Shown piece by piece: positions 38,651-53,501 of a stretch of 64,000 bases of DNA. The stretch lies in assembly GCA_012295275.1 (NCBI GenBank), contig CM022676.1, positions 12,958,001 to 13,022,000 of the forward strand. Direction: 5' to 3'. The translations under genes and the position numbers were made by a program. This stretch comes from Chrysomallon squamiferum (taxonomy: Eukaryota > Animalia > Mollusca). The notes beneath the pieces were generated by a model. It saw only the letters and a list, made by a program, of their open reading frames with translations. It was not told the DNA's origin and made no database searches. The stretch's first letter is position 1, and each line of letters starts with the position of its first letter.

Positions 38651-41600
38651 AAATTAATTAATTAATTAATACAAGTTACAAAGAAATGCAACACCGCAAT
38701 ATCATATCCTGCTGTGAACAGAAGTGAAGATTATTTTTGTTTGTTTGTTTGTTACGTTGTTGTAAAGTGTACTGTTCTACAGTTGTAATGAAATGTACTG
38801 TCGCAGTTTGAGATGGTGTAGTGTTACAACACACTGACACACACTGCTGAGCTTAAAGAATACAGTTAGAAAATAGGTCAGATTCCAGAAAATGTCAGTT
38901 TGGATCGTATCTACTACATTTACATTACTCAGTCAATGATGATATCCTCGACACGAAACTTTTTGAGGTGATGTAATTGTTTTCACCGTTCATGAAGGTA
39001 AACCACTTTATATGTAATTATTTACATAGCCTGGTAATTAATATCAATTAATTGTATTCTGACAATTAATCACCTTCAATTTTTAGATTATACTGTTTTA
39101 ATAATATTTTAGTTAATATGAAATAGCATGCTTCTTAAAACATTAAATACTTAATTAATCAAAAATAAAGTTAAATAACAAAAAGGTGAGAGAGGCAAAG
39201 TATCATTCTTGCAGAAGCTACGTTTGTGTAGTAAAGGAAAGAAAAAACTTTGCTTTATTCTGTTTTATATAGTGTATCGTTAATGAAGTTGATGTTCTTG
39301 TTATATTAATCAATTAATTAAAAGATTTAAATATTTATTTATTATTATTATTATTATTATTTATTTATTTTTGTATTAATCAGTTAAATGTTTCAATAAA
39401 CCTATACTGTATATTACTACACTCCATAACTGTAGTAAAGCGGTGTCAGGGGCGGGGCACACAGTGAGTCATTGATTCGTTATCTAAGCTTCGTGTTAAC
39501 TGCCACGAGAAATCACAGAATACACACATTTCACAGCATCCATTGAGCCATTCACTGCGTGTCTGTATCACTGACCTGTCAGGGAGGACTAAGTGAATAC
39601 TTTTAAACTGATATTTCTTTCTTATTTAGGTCAGATCTCCATAACGTCACTGACAGTGGTGAAGGATTAGATTACTGTTTCTTTTCTTTTTTTTTATTCC
39701 ATATTTTAAACAGTAAAGAAGAACAGATAGCATTATAATACGAATATCTTTCAGAAACTCACGTAAGAGGCGTCAGTTTTAAACTGATCTGAAATTCAGG
39801 TTGCTCAGACTGATAAAACTACAAGTTTCTAAAATTTCTCCGAAATGATGAGAGAGAATTCCGCCGTACAGTAAATATGATGCAAAATCAACCAGCGTAT
39901 GGATGTATTTATTACCTGCATGTTATATTATGAATGTTCATTTACGGATTATCAGACACTTTTAAATGAGATGCTCTCTGTACAACAGATTTACGGCCTT
40001 GGCAAATAATTTATCGTACGTATTAAACGTCAGACCAAGTCATGTAGAGTAAGCATTGGAAGGTCGAGGTAAAAGCTTACCCCTTTTTTGTGTTGCTGTT
40101 TTATTAACTTTCGTTTTCATAATAATGTTCCTACGCCTGTATTAATTTAATGATATCGTCTATTTAACAAATTAAACTAAATCATTTTTCTATAAAAGGA
40201 ACGTGTCTTCTGACTGATACTTGCAAATAATTTTCCTCATTTTGTCCAAGAAAAGTATTGATTTATTGTTACATATGTACATTATCGTTTACTTATATTC
40301 AGTGAGAGTAACTGGGAAACAGGTTTGTTTCCTGTAATATGTAATCAGAAACAGTTTCGCGTAGAGCTAATAATTTCAGATATTTTCAGATCCACCAAGT
40401 TCATCTCCAGTTATTACAGGAACAACATTTCCTGTGTTTGAGGGTGACACTGTCACACTGAACTGTTCTACAAGTGGTGGAAACCCAAAACCTAATCTGA
40501 ACTGGACATGTTATAATCCTGTACTCTGCTCTGACAGAGAAGAAACCAGAACATGTACAATATCTTTCATAGCTAACAGGATTCAGAATAACAAACTGTG
40601 TATTTGTACTTCTTCCTGGAGATATGATGGCTACACTGAAAACAAATCTACAAAGATGATTATTTACTGTGAGTTTTATGTTACCTCAGTCTAAAATGAA
40701 TTATTCTTCTACTTTCCCGCCCTTAACTTTTAATGCAATTATTCTTCTGTTATTATTTTCTAGACTGTTCAAGATATTGATTCGTTATACACCGAATACA
40801 TCTTTCGCAACAGAAAACTTTTGATTTTTGTTGGTTTCATTAGATTTTGTTTTCTGCTTTATTTATAAAAATATATTTGCTTCTGTGCATGTGTTTGCTT
40901 GTGTGTGAACATAGATGTGTGCATATATAATTATAAACACATTTCTGTGGGTGTGTGTCTATGTCTGTACTAAAAATACTGTTCACTTTTTATAATTAAA
41001 ATAATAAACATCCATTTGAAAGTTACAGTTTTGAATTTATCTATGATCAGTTGTTTATCATTAATATTATTCACATCACAGTAGTATTATTAACATATTT
41101 GCAGTGTAACTATTCCAAATTAAAGTGCAATTTTAGTTTGCAGCTCATCAGTTTAGTACTTAAAATGTAATTTATTTTCAGATCCGCCTAGTCAGCCATC
41201 TTTGTATTCAAAACCCAGACAACCCTGGCTTGAAGGAAAAGCAGGTTCACTGATTTGTTCTTTACCAAGAGGTGACCTTGGAAATCCACCAGCTAAATTT
41301 CACTGGATTAAAAATGAACATAACATTTCATTTGTGGGATCCAACTTCTCATTCACACCAACAAAAGAAGACAATGAAGATAAGTACAAGTGTTTATTGT
41401 AAGTTATTCTTCAAGTTAAATACCTACTTCAAGGTTATATATATATACTTCAATTCATAGTTAACAGTATATCATACTTAAATATATACTTCAGCTGAAT
41501 GTTTACTGTAAGTTGTATATCAAGTTAGATATCTACAAGTTAGATATCTACATCACTGCACTGTTTACTGAAAGTTATACTTCAATATTTACTTCCTTCA

Positions 41601-44600
41601 GCATTTACCTTGAGTTATACTTCATGTTAAATATATACTTCATTACATACTTCAGTTCAAATTTTGTTATACTTAAAATTAGATATATACTTTATGGTAC
41701 TTCAACTTTAAAATCTAATTTACTTCAATGATCAGTATAAGTTATACTTCTGATTGAATATCTATTTTAATTCATGATCAGTGTAAGTTATTCTCAAACT
41801 CATGTTCACTATAAGTTGTATTTCAGATTGAATATTAACTTAAGCTCAGTGTTCTCTTTAAATTATCTTCATGATTATTCGTCTCCTTCAGTCTAACTAT
41901 AAACTGTAACAGGTGTTGTTCTATCTCCATTGTTATTTAATTGTTGTTTTTGTTTTACCAAAGTACTGTTTCAGTCAAATAATTGTCTCAGTACTATATT
42001 GTTAAAACGTATTGTGTACGTTACATTGTTTATATTTTTTTTTTTTAGATGATCCTAGACTACAAATATCTTTATCACAATCAAATCCTGTATGATTATA
42101 TCTTCATGATTACAGGCCTACTTCAGTCTAACTAAGAACTTATACAGATGCTGTTCAATGTGCCTTGTTATTTTATTTTTTTTATTTACTTTTTTATCTT
42201 ATTCTTACTAAATTGTTTCATTAAAGTATTCTTCCTGTACAAATTTTTCTGAATAATGTATTGCAAAGAATCTTGTGTATGTTACATTGTTTATATATAT
42301 ATTTTTTTTTTTAGATTATCCTAGACTACAAATATCTTTATCACAATCAAATCCTGTAAAGGAAGGTGATGATTTGACCTTGACCTGCATAGCAGACAGC
42401 AACCCCAGCTCTGTTCAACTCAAGTGGAAATTTGAGGGAAATATTCAAGTAAATGATGGAATACTAGATTTGAAAAACCTCAGTAGAGATAATTCTGGCA
42501 GTTACACATGCGAAGCAAATGTAAGAACTAGTAACCATGGAAATCTTGTGAACTCGACTGATTCCAAAGTTATTGTCAATTGTAAGTCTCATAATAGCAT
42601 TGTCACTGTAATATAATTACTGCAGTTATATAAATAACTGAGATATTGAGATTTTAAGTTGTAAGACAAGACAATATCTGAAACGTCTGATTTTTTAAAA
42701 ATTAATTAAATTACAGAAAAACTTTAACTCTATTTTGCTTATTTCAGATGCTCCTAATGTCAGCTTCCCATCTGAAAATTTAACAGAAAACATGTTACTA
42801 AAAATTAACTGTTCTGCTGATGGTCGTCCTGACAACATGAACTTCTCAGATTTCAAACATTACTGGAATGACGTGTTTGTTAGAAAAGTGACAGGCAGAC
42901 ATTTTGGACGTAACAAATACAGTTTGATGTTTGATTCTGCTTCGTATCAGGACTGTGGAACATACCAGTGTAGTGTGCACAATGGGATTCCTGACAGAAG
43001 TGGAAATTTGGTACAGACTGGCTACAGTGTTGTTTATGTTAAAGGTATGAAAAACAGTAATGATGACAGATTCTAATTTGGAAGATTGGAGTAGATGAAA
43101 CCTCTTTTCCTAGAAGAAAGAAGAAATGTTTGACAAAAATAATAGAGATGTTCAAATTAGTCATGAAAGAAGATTTATTTGTTTTATATGCAAAGTAAAT
43201 ACGTGTACCTAAAGGGCTTTGGTTTCCATGAGCAATTGTCATGAACAGCATTGTTTGAACAGTAGAGTCAGAGTCGTTGAGTTAAATCGCAATGATTCTT
43301 CTAAGTAAACATCAAATGTCTACAACTTCAATATTGTCATTTTTTTCGTTTTATCCAAAATGAACTGTGCTATCTGATAACAAAGATATTTTTATATTTT
43401 CTTTAATTTTTTTTATCAGCTTATATTAATCTGAATATAATAATTAATTTATCACACAATGACAGTGATGTGTTGCTCAGCATTTGATTTTTGCATAAAA
43501 TCTCAAACTCTATTATTAGATTAATACAATTACTTGAAATATTAAATCAAAACAAAATTTATTTACTGTTTCAAGCATTCTGGTCATGTATAATAATATG
43601 AAAATCTCCGTGAAAATGAGAATTGTGTTGTTTATGTAGATAACATGTTCCAACACATTCTAATGTGGGTTTGCTATTGTTTATTTTATTACAAATTACA
43701 TGAAACTTGTTTTAGTGGTTTACAATATAATTTTTATTTTTTATTTTATTTTATTTTATTTTTTTTCATGTTTCAGCAAAACCAAAGATCACTATGGAAA
43801 CAATGCATGACGTTGTGGGAGCTGAAGTTGGAAAGCCAGTTTTATTAGTGAAAACTTTGTTTTGTGATCCCACTATCAACATTTATACCTGGATGAAATC
43901 TAAGGGTGAAACAAGTTTTAATAACACGAATGTTGAGGAGACAAATGTCTGACAATCACAAACTTCACACAAGATGACATTGGAACGTACAAACTGACTG
44001 TCTGTAATGAAGTTGGATGTTCTCAGTTTTCTGTGAACCTAACTGGAGCAGGTCCACCTCTTCCTCCTAAAGAGTTCCAACAAGAAAAAGAATCAACATC
44101 AGACACAGTGTTCTTGTCCTGGCTACCTAACTACCCAGGTGGTAATTTCAAACAAAGATTTATACTGCAGTACAAACCACAAAGTGACTCTAACTGGATT
44201 ACTGCTTGGCAAAGTAACTGGTTTGATGACTCAACACAAGGACAGAAAGTGTTTTATAACATCACCAGACTGAAAGACAAACCAGTTTATGATGTCAGAA
44301 TCTCAGCTGAAAACACAAGAACTTCAGATAATATGAGCAGTTATGTCACCTTTCAAGTAATTACAACAGGTAAACATATCTCTGACATTAAACATACCAC
44401 AGAAGCTGACATCCCAGCAGTTGCTATTAATTTGACATTCCGTTATTTTATTATAACATTAGTATTTATTTCTGTTTTTGTTAAGAGAACACGCTAGGCA
44501 AAAAATGACAACATTTGAATAAACAAAATTGTTTTTTAGTTTTTGGTGGGTTTTTTACATAATAATGATCCATAACAGCACCCTGATAGCCATAATAAGT

Positions 44601-45450
44601 GGAAATATGATTTATTCATTTGTATTTCTTAATCATTGCCTTTCTTTATTCTTTGTATTTTATTTTATTTTGTTTTATTATTATTATTTTTTTTTTTTTT
44701 TTTTTTTTTTTTGTTACTGTTTTTACATGTTTTGAAAGATGCTGTATGAAAACTGTTTGTGCTACAGTTTCCAACTTTGGAATATATATATTTAAAAACA
44801 ATAAGAACAAAATTTCGGAAAGAAAATCTTGGAAAAATGTACTATTCTTTTCATTATAACCTTTATAGATCTTTGTGATGTTTCAAAATAGGAATGATAA
44901 AAATTCTTTCTTCTTGTTTTTTAAAATTATTTCAGTTGAAGTATGTAAATGAAGACTAATTTCTTTCTGTTGTTTTGTAGAAATACATGGCTATGACGAA
45001 CCCAAGGAGTTGAAATGATATTTATATATTGGTTTAGGTTGAAGAGGTTCATGAAACGTGGTACTATAGTATTTTTTTCTATAATAAAATAGTCATCTCT
45101 CTGTTGTATTCTCATTTCTTTTTTCTTTTCTTTTTTAAATGTAACCGCAAGGGATAGTTTACATTTACTTTTTGCAAACAGAGAAAAATAAAGTATTTGA
45201 AAAATTAATAAGTTGTGTAAATCGTGAAAGTAACATAATGAAATTGACTCAAACTGCTGTTTGACTAAATGAAATACTAAGTAAATATCTAAGCTGTATA
45301 ATTTAAAATGACACAAACTATAGTAAAAAAATTTAAAGTTTTATATTGACAATGCTAGCAGATCAGAATATTTCACATAATAATTATGTAATTTCTACTC
45401 ATTTGACAAATATATGTATATGTGTCTGCATACATCTATCTATGCAAATA

Positions 45451-46937
45451 TACTCTCCAAAAAAGGAAACGCAAAATGGTTGATTTCTTTGATAACTGTT
45501 GTAAACTGACACATATCAATGTACAAACTATGAATATAATGACATTTGGTGATTCAAACATATAGCTTTTGTTACAGGCGCCAAAAAGCAGGTAACACAA
45601 AATAAAGGCTATGGTCGTGGTTATTAGCCAAACCGTCCCCGCATACAAATCACGTTACCAGTGCATGTGCATGTGAGGCAGATGAAACTTGAATACGAGG
45701 GTTATAAAAATGCAAGGTTTTCGAAAACTTCTGTTCCTTATTTTTGTTCTGACCCAACATCAAACAAATGCCACGACTGAGTGAAGCGCAACGAAACAAC
45801 GTCATCGGCCGTTTACAAGCTGGCGAATCCTTGTCGGCCGAAGCCCGGGTGTTCCATGTATCCCCAAGCACCATCTTGAGACTGTGGTATCAGTTCCAGT
45901 AACACCAAACAACAGGTGACCGTCCCAGGTCAGGTAGACCACTTGTAACCGCCAGGGCCCAGGACCACTACATACAGGTACTTCAACTACGGGAAAGAAC
46001 CACCACGGCAACCTCTACTGCTTCAGCAATACTATCTCTGCGTAGAATATCGGCTCAGACAGTGCGCAATCGTTTACGCGAGGCAGGTATTCGAGCTAGA
46101 CGGCCTGTAAGAAGAGTAGTTTTGACTCAACAACATCGTCGACTACAGCGTCAGTGGTGTCAACTGCACAGAGTCTGGCCTCAGTTACGATGGAGAACTG
46201 TCTGGTTTAGTGACGAGGCTCGATTTCTGCTTTGTTGAGCTGATGGAAAATGTCGAGTTTACAGACGTCGTGGTGAATGTTTTGCTGCAAACTGCATACA
46301 GGAAGCGGACAGATTTGGCGGTGGTAGTGTGATGGTGTGGGCAGCAATCTCATCCACTGGCAGGACTGAGCTGGTTCACATCCAAGGCAACTTAACGGCA
46401 CAGAGATACCGAGATGAAATTTTGCAGCTACATTATGAATAATGGTAACGCTGTATTCCAGCACGACAATGCGAGACCACATACAGCCAGACTCACAACA
46501 GCGTACCTACACAACAATAACATTCAGGTCCTGCCCTGGCCCTCTAAATCTCCGGATTTGAACCCTATTGAACATTCATCAGATGAGTTGGATAGACGAC
46601 TGAGGCAGCATCAACCACAGCCACAGAATCGTGTTCAGTTGGCTTTATTACTACAGACAGAGTGGGCCACCATTCCACAAGGTGTAATTCGTAATGTCAT
46701 TACTGCCATGGGAGGGAAATGTCAGGTAGTTCTGGACTCCCATGGTGGGCACAAAAGGAATTAATATTATACTGTTATAACCTTGAACTTTAACATTTTC
46801 AATGTAATACCATCAATATTAATGAATTGCGAAAGTGTGTGTAAAATGTGAACATTCTGCTGCTTTCTGTTGATCCATTAGATAGATATTCCCAATGTCA
46901 ATAAAATCTATTGTTGCGTTTCTTTTTTGTTAGAGTA
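45451..46937 (+). mobile_element. Near full-length Tc1 (DD34E) transposon, inactivated
   Basis: TIRs TACTCT(CC/AA)..AAAAA.GAAACGCAA flanked by TA; ORF remnants MPRLSEAQR, WFSDEARF, FQHDNARPH, SPDLNPIEH with 34 residues D-to-E; internal stops and frameshifts. Confidence 0.9.
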
Positions 46938-48712
46938 TATTTGTGCATGCAAAGATTACAAAACTTCAGACATTTTATTTATTTATTTTTTTTTTTTTTT
47001 GAAGGTAAGAAAAATGGATTATCTGCGTAAGTTTATTTTGCTTACTTCTAATTTACATCTTAATTTAATAGACATTTAATCTGCCTGGCAAGTTGTAACT
47101 ATTATCAATGCTGATATAAAAAATTGTTAAATACAGACTTAGTAAATAATCAGTATGCTTTAGTTTGTTCAACTTGTAATTTGCTATACGGCAACAAATA
47201 AAAACAATATGTCTTACAGTATTACTCACAGGTATCTATCAATTTTAAATGTCAAAAGTAACAAAGTAACAATTTAGAAGTTGCATTTTTTCATTCAGCA
47301 TGAACAAACAACTTGTTGATACTGGAAATGTCTATTTCACACAGATGTTCGTGTTCAGTGCTCTTTGAGTAAAACTGTTTAATCTGTTACGATCTGTCTA
47401 TCTGTTATGCACTTCAACATTGTGATTTCTTCTTGCAGATATGATGATATAAGTCTCAGACCAGTAATGACTCAAACCAGATCTGGTAAATCTTCTATAA
47501 CAGCTAAATTTATGATTATTTTATTGCAACTGTAAAATCATTTATTAAGATGCTCTACATGATAATAATAATAATAATTATTATTATTATTATTTATTTA
47601 TAACTGAGAATTAAAAATATAACAAAGTGACACATACATACCTGTTGGGTTATATTGGTCTCACAAAATATAAATGTTCAACTAACATTTTAGCTAAATT
47701 TTTCTTATTAAGTGATTAATTGTAATTCACAGAAAATGCATCTGAGGCTGATCAGACAAATCAAACATACGAAGGACTACAGGAAAGGAGAGCTTCGGCA
47801 GATTACACTAAATTTCATTTGTATGAAAACATCAAGAAAACAAACTGTAAATATTTACTCAATTTAATTTGTCTTTTGTTGTTGTTGTTTTTTATTATTT
47901 ATTTACATTATTTATTTATGATTATTTATTTATTCATTTATTTATTTATTTATTTTTACATTTTATTTACTTTTTTCCTTATTTATTTACTATTATTATT
48001 ATTTTTTATCTGCAAGAGTATAATTAATTCTTAAAAATAATGTTTATGGTTTTTTGCTACAAAAATAAAGTCTTAATATATCTTATAAACTTCCAAAATA
48101 ATTTTTTTATTTTTGTGATCCATTCATAATTAATTATGAATAAAAAAGTGCGATTTAAAAGTATCTGGACACAGACACTGTCATCAGATACAGGGCAGAT
48201 CAGTTTACTTTAATTTCTTATAGGAATGTCTGAACAAAATAAAACTTTTACTGAATAAATTTCAAGATGATTACTGAAATGAACTAGTAAAGTGCTAAAA
48301 TGAAGCATTTTGTAGAAATGTTATTTTATTTATATATTTATTTATTATTATTATTAATTACTATTTGCTATGAATATTGATAAAATAATGACATACAAAT
48401 AGGAATTTTAATAGATTAATCCTCTGATTAGACATAATTATAGCAAACTCCATTTATCAAAATCAAGGGATTATTTACTCTATTCAGATCCCAAAGCTAG
48501 ATTTTAATGATAATATTATGTAATAACTGTGAAGTTGTATAGGAGTTTATTTATTTTGTTATTAATCCTAATTGTTTCATTTAAAATTTACTCTCTGAAA
48601 ATCATCTAATTTTCTATTTTCAGTTGCAAGTGATTTGTAAGTTGTGCTTTATGGATCAAAAGAAACATTGGTTGTCATATTGATCTGCTTCTTCTTGGTT
48701 TATTTTTATTTT

Positions 48713-48759
<47 letters not shown>

Positions 48760-48999
48760 TATTATTATTATTATTATTATTGATTCATTCATTAAGTTTA
48801 CCTGATAGTTAGTTTCATGATTTAAACTAACAAATACCAGATGATTATTTTCTTCATTTACTAACAGTAGCAGGTGTAATTATACAGTATTGTGTGTATA
48901 TGTTATAGGATTACTGCCCTTTAGTTATAAAGTCACTAGAGTTTCCCTTCCAGTGTATCATTATTCTAATGTCTACCATTGAACTAATTGCAATATATT

Positions 49000-49750
49000 A
49001 GTTCCTTCATACCAGACATTATCGAACACACAGGCTGTCTTTAGATTAAATTTGGTCTTAACAGCATAATATTGCAATACATAGACGTTGTTGGTTACAT
49101 TTATCCCACACTGAAACTAGCACACCAGATGGAATTACTATATTCCTGGTGAGTATGGACCACTGTTATAAAAAGTTATGTAACTGTACTCTCATCAACG
49201 TATGTCAAACCAAGCATGGATAATGCAGTATTAATTTGGTACCAAGATTATAATGAAATTTGAATTCCTTGTCTATTTTTGATTGTTTTATTTCCAACAC
49301 TGTGCCATTAGACTTCCATTTGTCTCACCAAACACTAAATAAAATGTCTGGAATCATGACAGAAAACTCATCAACAAATATTAAATCAGTGCCATATACC
49401 ATGTTTGGCGGTTCATAATGAACAGCTCAATTAATATTGGTCCAAGAGAGAGCTTTGTGGGATGCCACTTAATACATATTTTTTTCTCTGTTAACTGCAA
49501 CTTAACTCATCCATTTACTTTGTCTTGCCACTTATGTCATACACTTTCAGTCTTCTGATCAACATTCGACATAGGTAACTGAATCATTAATCTGCCAGCT
49601 TATAGTAATAAGACCCTCCTTATTGATAAACCAGTAAAATGTCTGCAATATATTAGAAATACTCTTGACTGATTAGTCTGAATGTACAATATACATAGAG
49701 CAATTATTAATCACTGAAGCAAGTAACTATGAATAATCAGATTCTCCATG
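49000..49750 (-). mobile_element. Highly decayed LINE reverse transcriptase remnant
   Basis: Minus strand SGIPQSSL(L)GPIL near 49430-49470 resembles the GVPQGSxLGP RT motif; boundaries approximate. Confidence 0.45.
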
Positions 49751-49899
49751 AGTGACATAATTTTTTTGTTGGGTCTCCCAGGGATACAATTAGCAATGCT
49801 ACGAGTAAAAAACTGAAACTGATTATCTAAGGCAGCCATTTTTCAAAATGGCCACCACCAAACTTAATTTTGAACCAGATTTTATCATTGCAGATATAT

Positions 49900-50530
49900 T
49901 TATTTATAGTCGCACCAGTATTCAGTACATTGGATGGTTCATTTTGTTAGGTTTTTATCTTAGCAATATACCTAATCAGTACCTCCAAAACGTGATATAA
50001 CTAAATACATACAACGATTTGAAAGGAGGGAAATCATATACACAAATTTTCATTTCACACAAAGAAATTATTAGCTGATGAAATAAGGAAGTATGTATCC
50101 CATATAGATTTGCATGTGATTAATTTAATTTTAGCAGGACAGATATTTACAGACAAATAATGGACACATCATCATGAGAGGCCACTTTCAAAATGGATTC
50201 TAACAGTGACAGTCTCTTTGGGTAAATCAATTAATGGATTTAATTTTAATCTCAGTCTTGTAGGTTGTAGGTTCTAATAAACCATTCTAATTTGCATAAA
50301 TGCAGAAAGAGAACCAAAATGGCCATAAATACAAACTATAACAAACAGTTTTGCAAATGTTTCCAGTTTTCATGAACCAATTATTTCTTTGTGTGAAATG
50401 AAAAATGTTTGTGATTGATACCCTCCCCTGAAATCACTGATACCGTATTTTTTAAGTCCTAAAACATTCCAAAGATGATACCCTAATAAAAACCATCAAA
50501 CCTTCTGAATAGTAGTGCCACTGTGAATAA
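49900..50530. mobile_element. Inverted-repeat element (MITE-like)
   Basis: TTTTCATTTCACACAAAGAAATTATT (~50047) inverted at ~50378, with flanks extending the imperfect palindrome ~150 bp. Confidence 0.55.
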
Positions 50531-53501
50531 ATGTAACATTGCTAATATATCACTCGTCGAAGAATTTAAATTTACATGGACTAATAATTGTGTATATTGT
50601 AAAATATGTGAGTTTTTTGTAACCCTCTGCCTTCAAATCCCTCTAGCAAATTAGAGATATCACATTTTGAGAGTACTACCAGTCCAAAAACATCTCTGCC
50701 TACAATCAAATCTTTGGAAAATTTGGGGTGCTACAATAAAAAATTTAGCTGGGAGTGTGTTTAACATTTTTCATTTGTTATTTAATATCAGTGCTTGAAC
50801 ATTTTGTTTCATAAATATCTATTTTTTAATTTTTTTAACCAAAAATTCTATATACAAAAGTAGTAGCAAAAAATATTTATTTGCAATCAAAAGAACAGTA
50901 GAAAATTTGTATATATAAAAACACTGTAAGCATGTTTTATCACTCAAATGTAAATATGAATAAAAATATTATGAATATATGGCACAGCACACACTATCAT
51001 TTTAAGTTTTTCATTTTTCAATACTGTTAGTGGTATTGTCAAGTGTTTTTTTTATTTTTTTATTTTGGAAACCATGGTTTAAATTATCTAGGAGTGTTAC
51101 CTTCAAGTTAACATAGAATAATGTTGTTGTCATTGCTTTTAGAGATATATATGTTAAAATAAGCTGTTACTTCCAAATATCATAATAAAAATAAACAGAA
51201 TTTTTTTTTTTAAACTGGAAAATTTTGCCTCGTTTTGATATATATACAGATTACAAAAGCATCAATACGTATATGAATCTGTTCATTGGAAATTTCTTGT
51301 TGAGAATTTTGTTAAAATTTTTTAATGTTAGAAGCAGTGACCTTCATTCAAAAAAGTAACTGACAGAAATATCATTCTATATTCTATCAATAGAACGGAA
51401 TATTATGCTAAAACATGAACAAAATTAAATATTCTAAGCAAACTGGAAACACAAGAATACATCACTAACTTGTCTTTGAAGTGAGAATAATTACAGAAAA
51501 TAACTAATAAAATTCAGTTAACTAATGTTCAATATAAATATGGCAATAATGAATAATAATAAAAAATGATAAACATGGAAATGTATATAAAAATTTAAGC
51601 GAAAACTATGATAAAATAATCAGAAAATATGATTTTTATGTCATCAAAAAAGAGAGGAAACATCAATGAAGATTCATTTAATCCAACAGACACATGCCAA
51701 AATGACATTTTCAAATAATTCTGTTGGATTAATTATGCATGCCTCTATAACAATTTTGTTTTACTGATCAAAAAACAAACATTTTAAATGTATGAGGAAC
51801 ATAATCTTAAAACAGGTAGTTACAAAAGAATTAAACCATTACCACAAATTTGTCTTTTAAAATGCATGTTCTGATTTTTTGTTTATTAGTGTAAATATTT
51901 GAAATAAACATATTCATGTTTGATTCATTAAGATCTAACAGTTATGAAATGGAAACAAATATAAGCAATTGCCACTTAAATGAACAGTAATGTATAAAAT
52001 GATATAACACAGACTGCATTTAGTAAACAAACAAAACGGTATGCAACAAAGTTAATGGAATGTTTTACAATGATTTGAATAACTGATTAAGCAATATTCA
52101 CAGATAAACAAATTTTTAGATAAAACTGTCAAAAATGAATAATGTACATTTGACAATCTCTAATACAAATGCACACACTTACTAAAAAGACAAGGTTTGC
52201 TGCTGGCAAACAATATACATTTTAATTCATTTCAAGTGTTTTATAATATAATGAATATTATTGTTTTTGAGGTTACTGATTGTCGAAAATATTACCTAGT
52301 ATAACAAAGGTTCTAACAGCTTTACAGAAGTTTGATGTTTTTTAAGTTTTTTAATTAACATCAACACATTGGTTTTTTAATTATCAATAGCAATAAAATG
52401 ATGTAATTTTATTCAAATTATTCATGTTATCAGTTTCCATTTATCCAAAAATAATGGGCATTCCAATTATTATCAAACAGACATTTTTACTATCTCAGAA
52501 AATAGACACACACAGACACACAAACACACACACTTATTAAATGTTCAATTAAAGTACGGAAATATTATTAACAAAAAAAGTATATATTTTCTAAGTTATA
52601 GAAAACATTTATATTTAGCTGGAATAAATAAAATACTTATACAGTTGAAATTCTGTTACACTTCCAATTACATGGACCACAGAAAACACTGTTAGATAGA
52701 CATCAATACACTGTATAAATAAAAACTGTAAAAAATATAAATGTTTGAAAATAACGCACTTTTATATTTTACTTTTACAAAATCATACAATGAAAACTAA
52801 ATTAATCAACAAAATTAGTCATTTGTATGGCTAATCACTATAACACTATTGACATGCTTACTGAATCAGCATTAGAGATACATAAGTAAGGCTAACACAG
52901 TAGGGTCTCTGTGTATAAAAAATACTAGAAAACTTGCAACTGAAAGACAATGGATATAATAATCAAACTCACTTTTACAGCTTTTCTATTTTAAATGAAA
53001 AACAAAAATTCTGACACATAGCATAACTTATTTTAACACAGATAACTGGATTTCGTTAAAAGGTATATTTTCCACACTTAACATCTGGTAGGTTTTTAAT
53101 GTCTTGGGAAAGTGGATACATTACTGGTTAGCACAAAACATCTACATCACATTATGTAACTCTTGGAAAACATTTTCAGAATGATTAGTGAATCACATTT
53201 TTCTAAAATTCTAACTAAATGAATCATGTGTATATTTGTATCAAAAACTTCTTTTCAAACACATTGCATATGTAATGAAAACCATTTAAAGACGTGTACA
53301 CTGCATAGTACAAAATAATAACTACTCTTTAAAATAAATGTAAAAGATCAAATATATTTGCATTTAAAGTAAATATATAGTACAAATTTATAAAATTTAG
53401 TGTATAAAAAATATATTTACTTACATATATTTCTGGAATGCAATTTGTTTGTTAGTAAAAAATAAACAGTTTCCTAACATAACTCATTAAGTAGAAAAAA
53501 G

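Larger units (their letters stand above)
37234..48640 (+). pseudogene. Unit D: decayed Ig-FN3-ITAM receptor paralog
   Basis: Dead leader 37234-37288 (ATA start, ATAAGT donor); no V or Ig2; Ig exons 40390-40668, 41182-~41398 (truncated), 42315-42581, 42748-43044; Ig+FN3 exon 43777-44369 with a 52-nt deletion and TGA at 43950; no TM exon found; tail exons 47005-47026, 47439-47485, 47733-47846, 48624-48640. Confidence 0.75.

Noticed and set aside
44370-44497. Read-through hydrophobic tail (FRYFIITLVFISVFVKRTR) as a substitute TM for unit D
   Set aside because: Lies past an intact donor in T-rich intron and downstream of the stop at 43950; probably chance.
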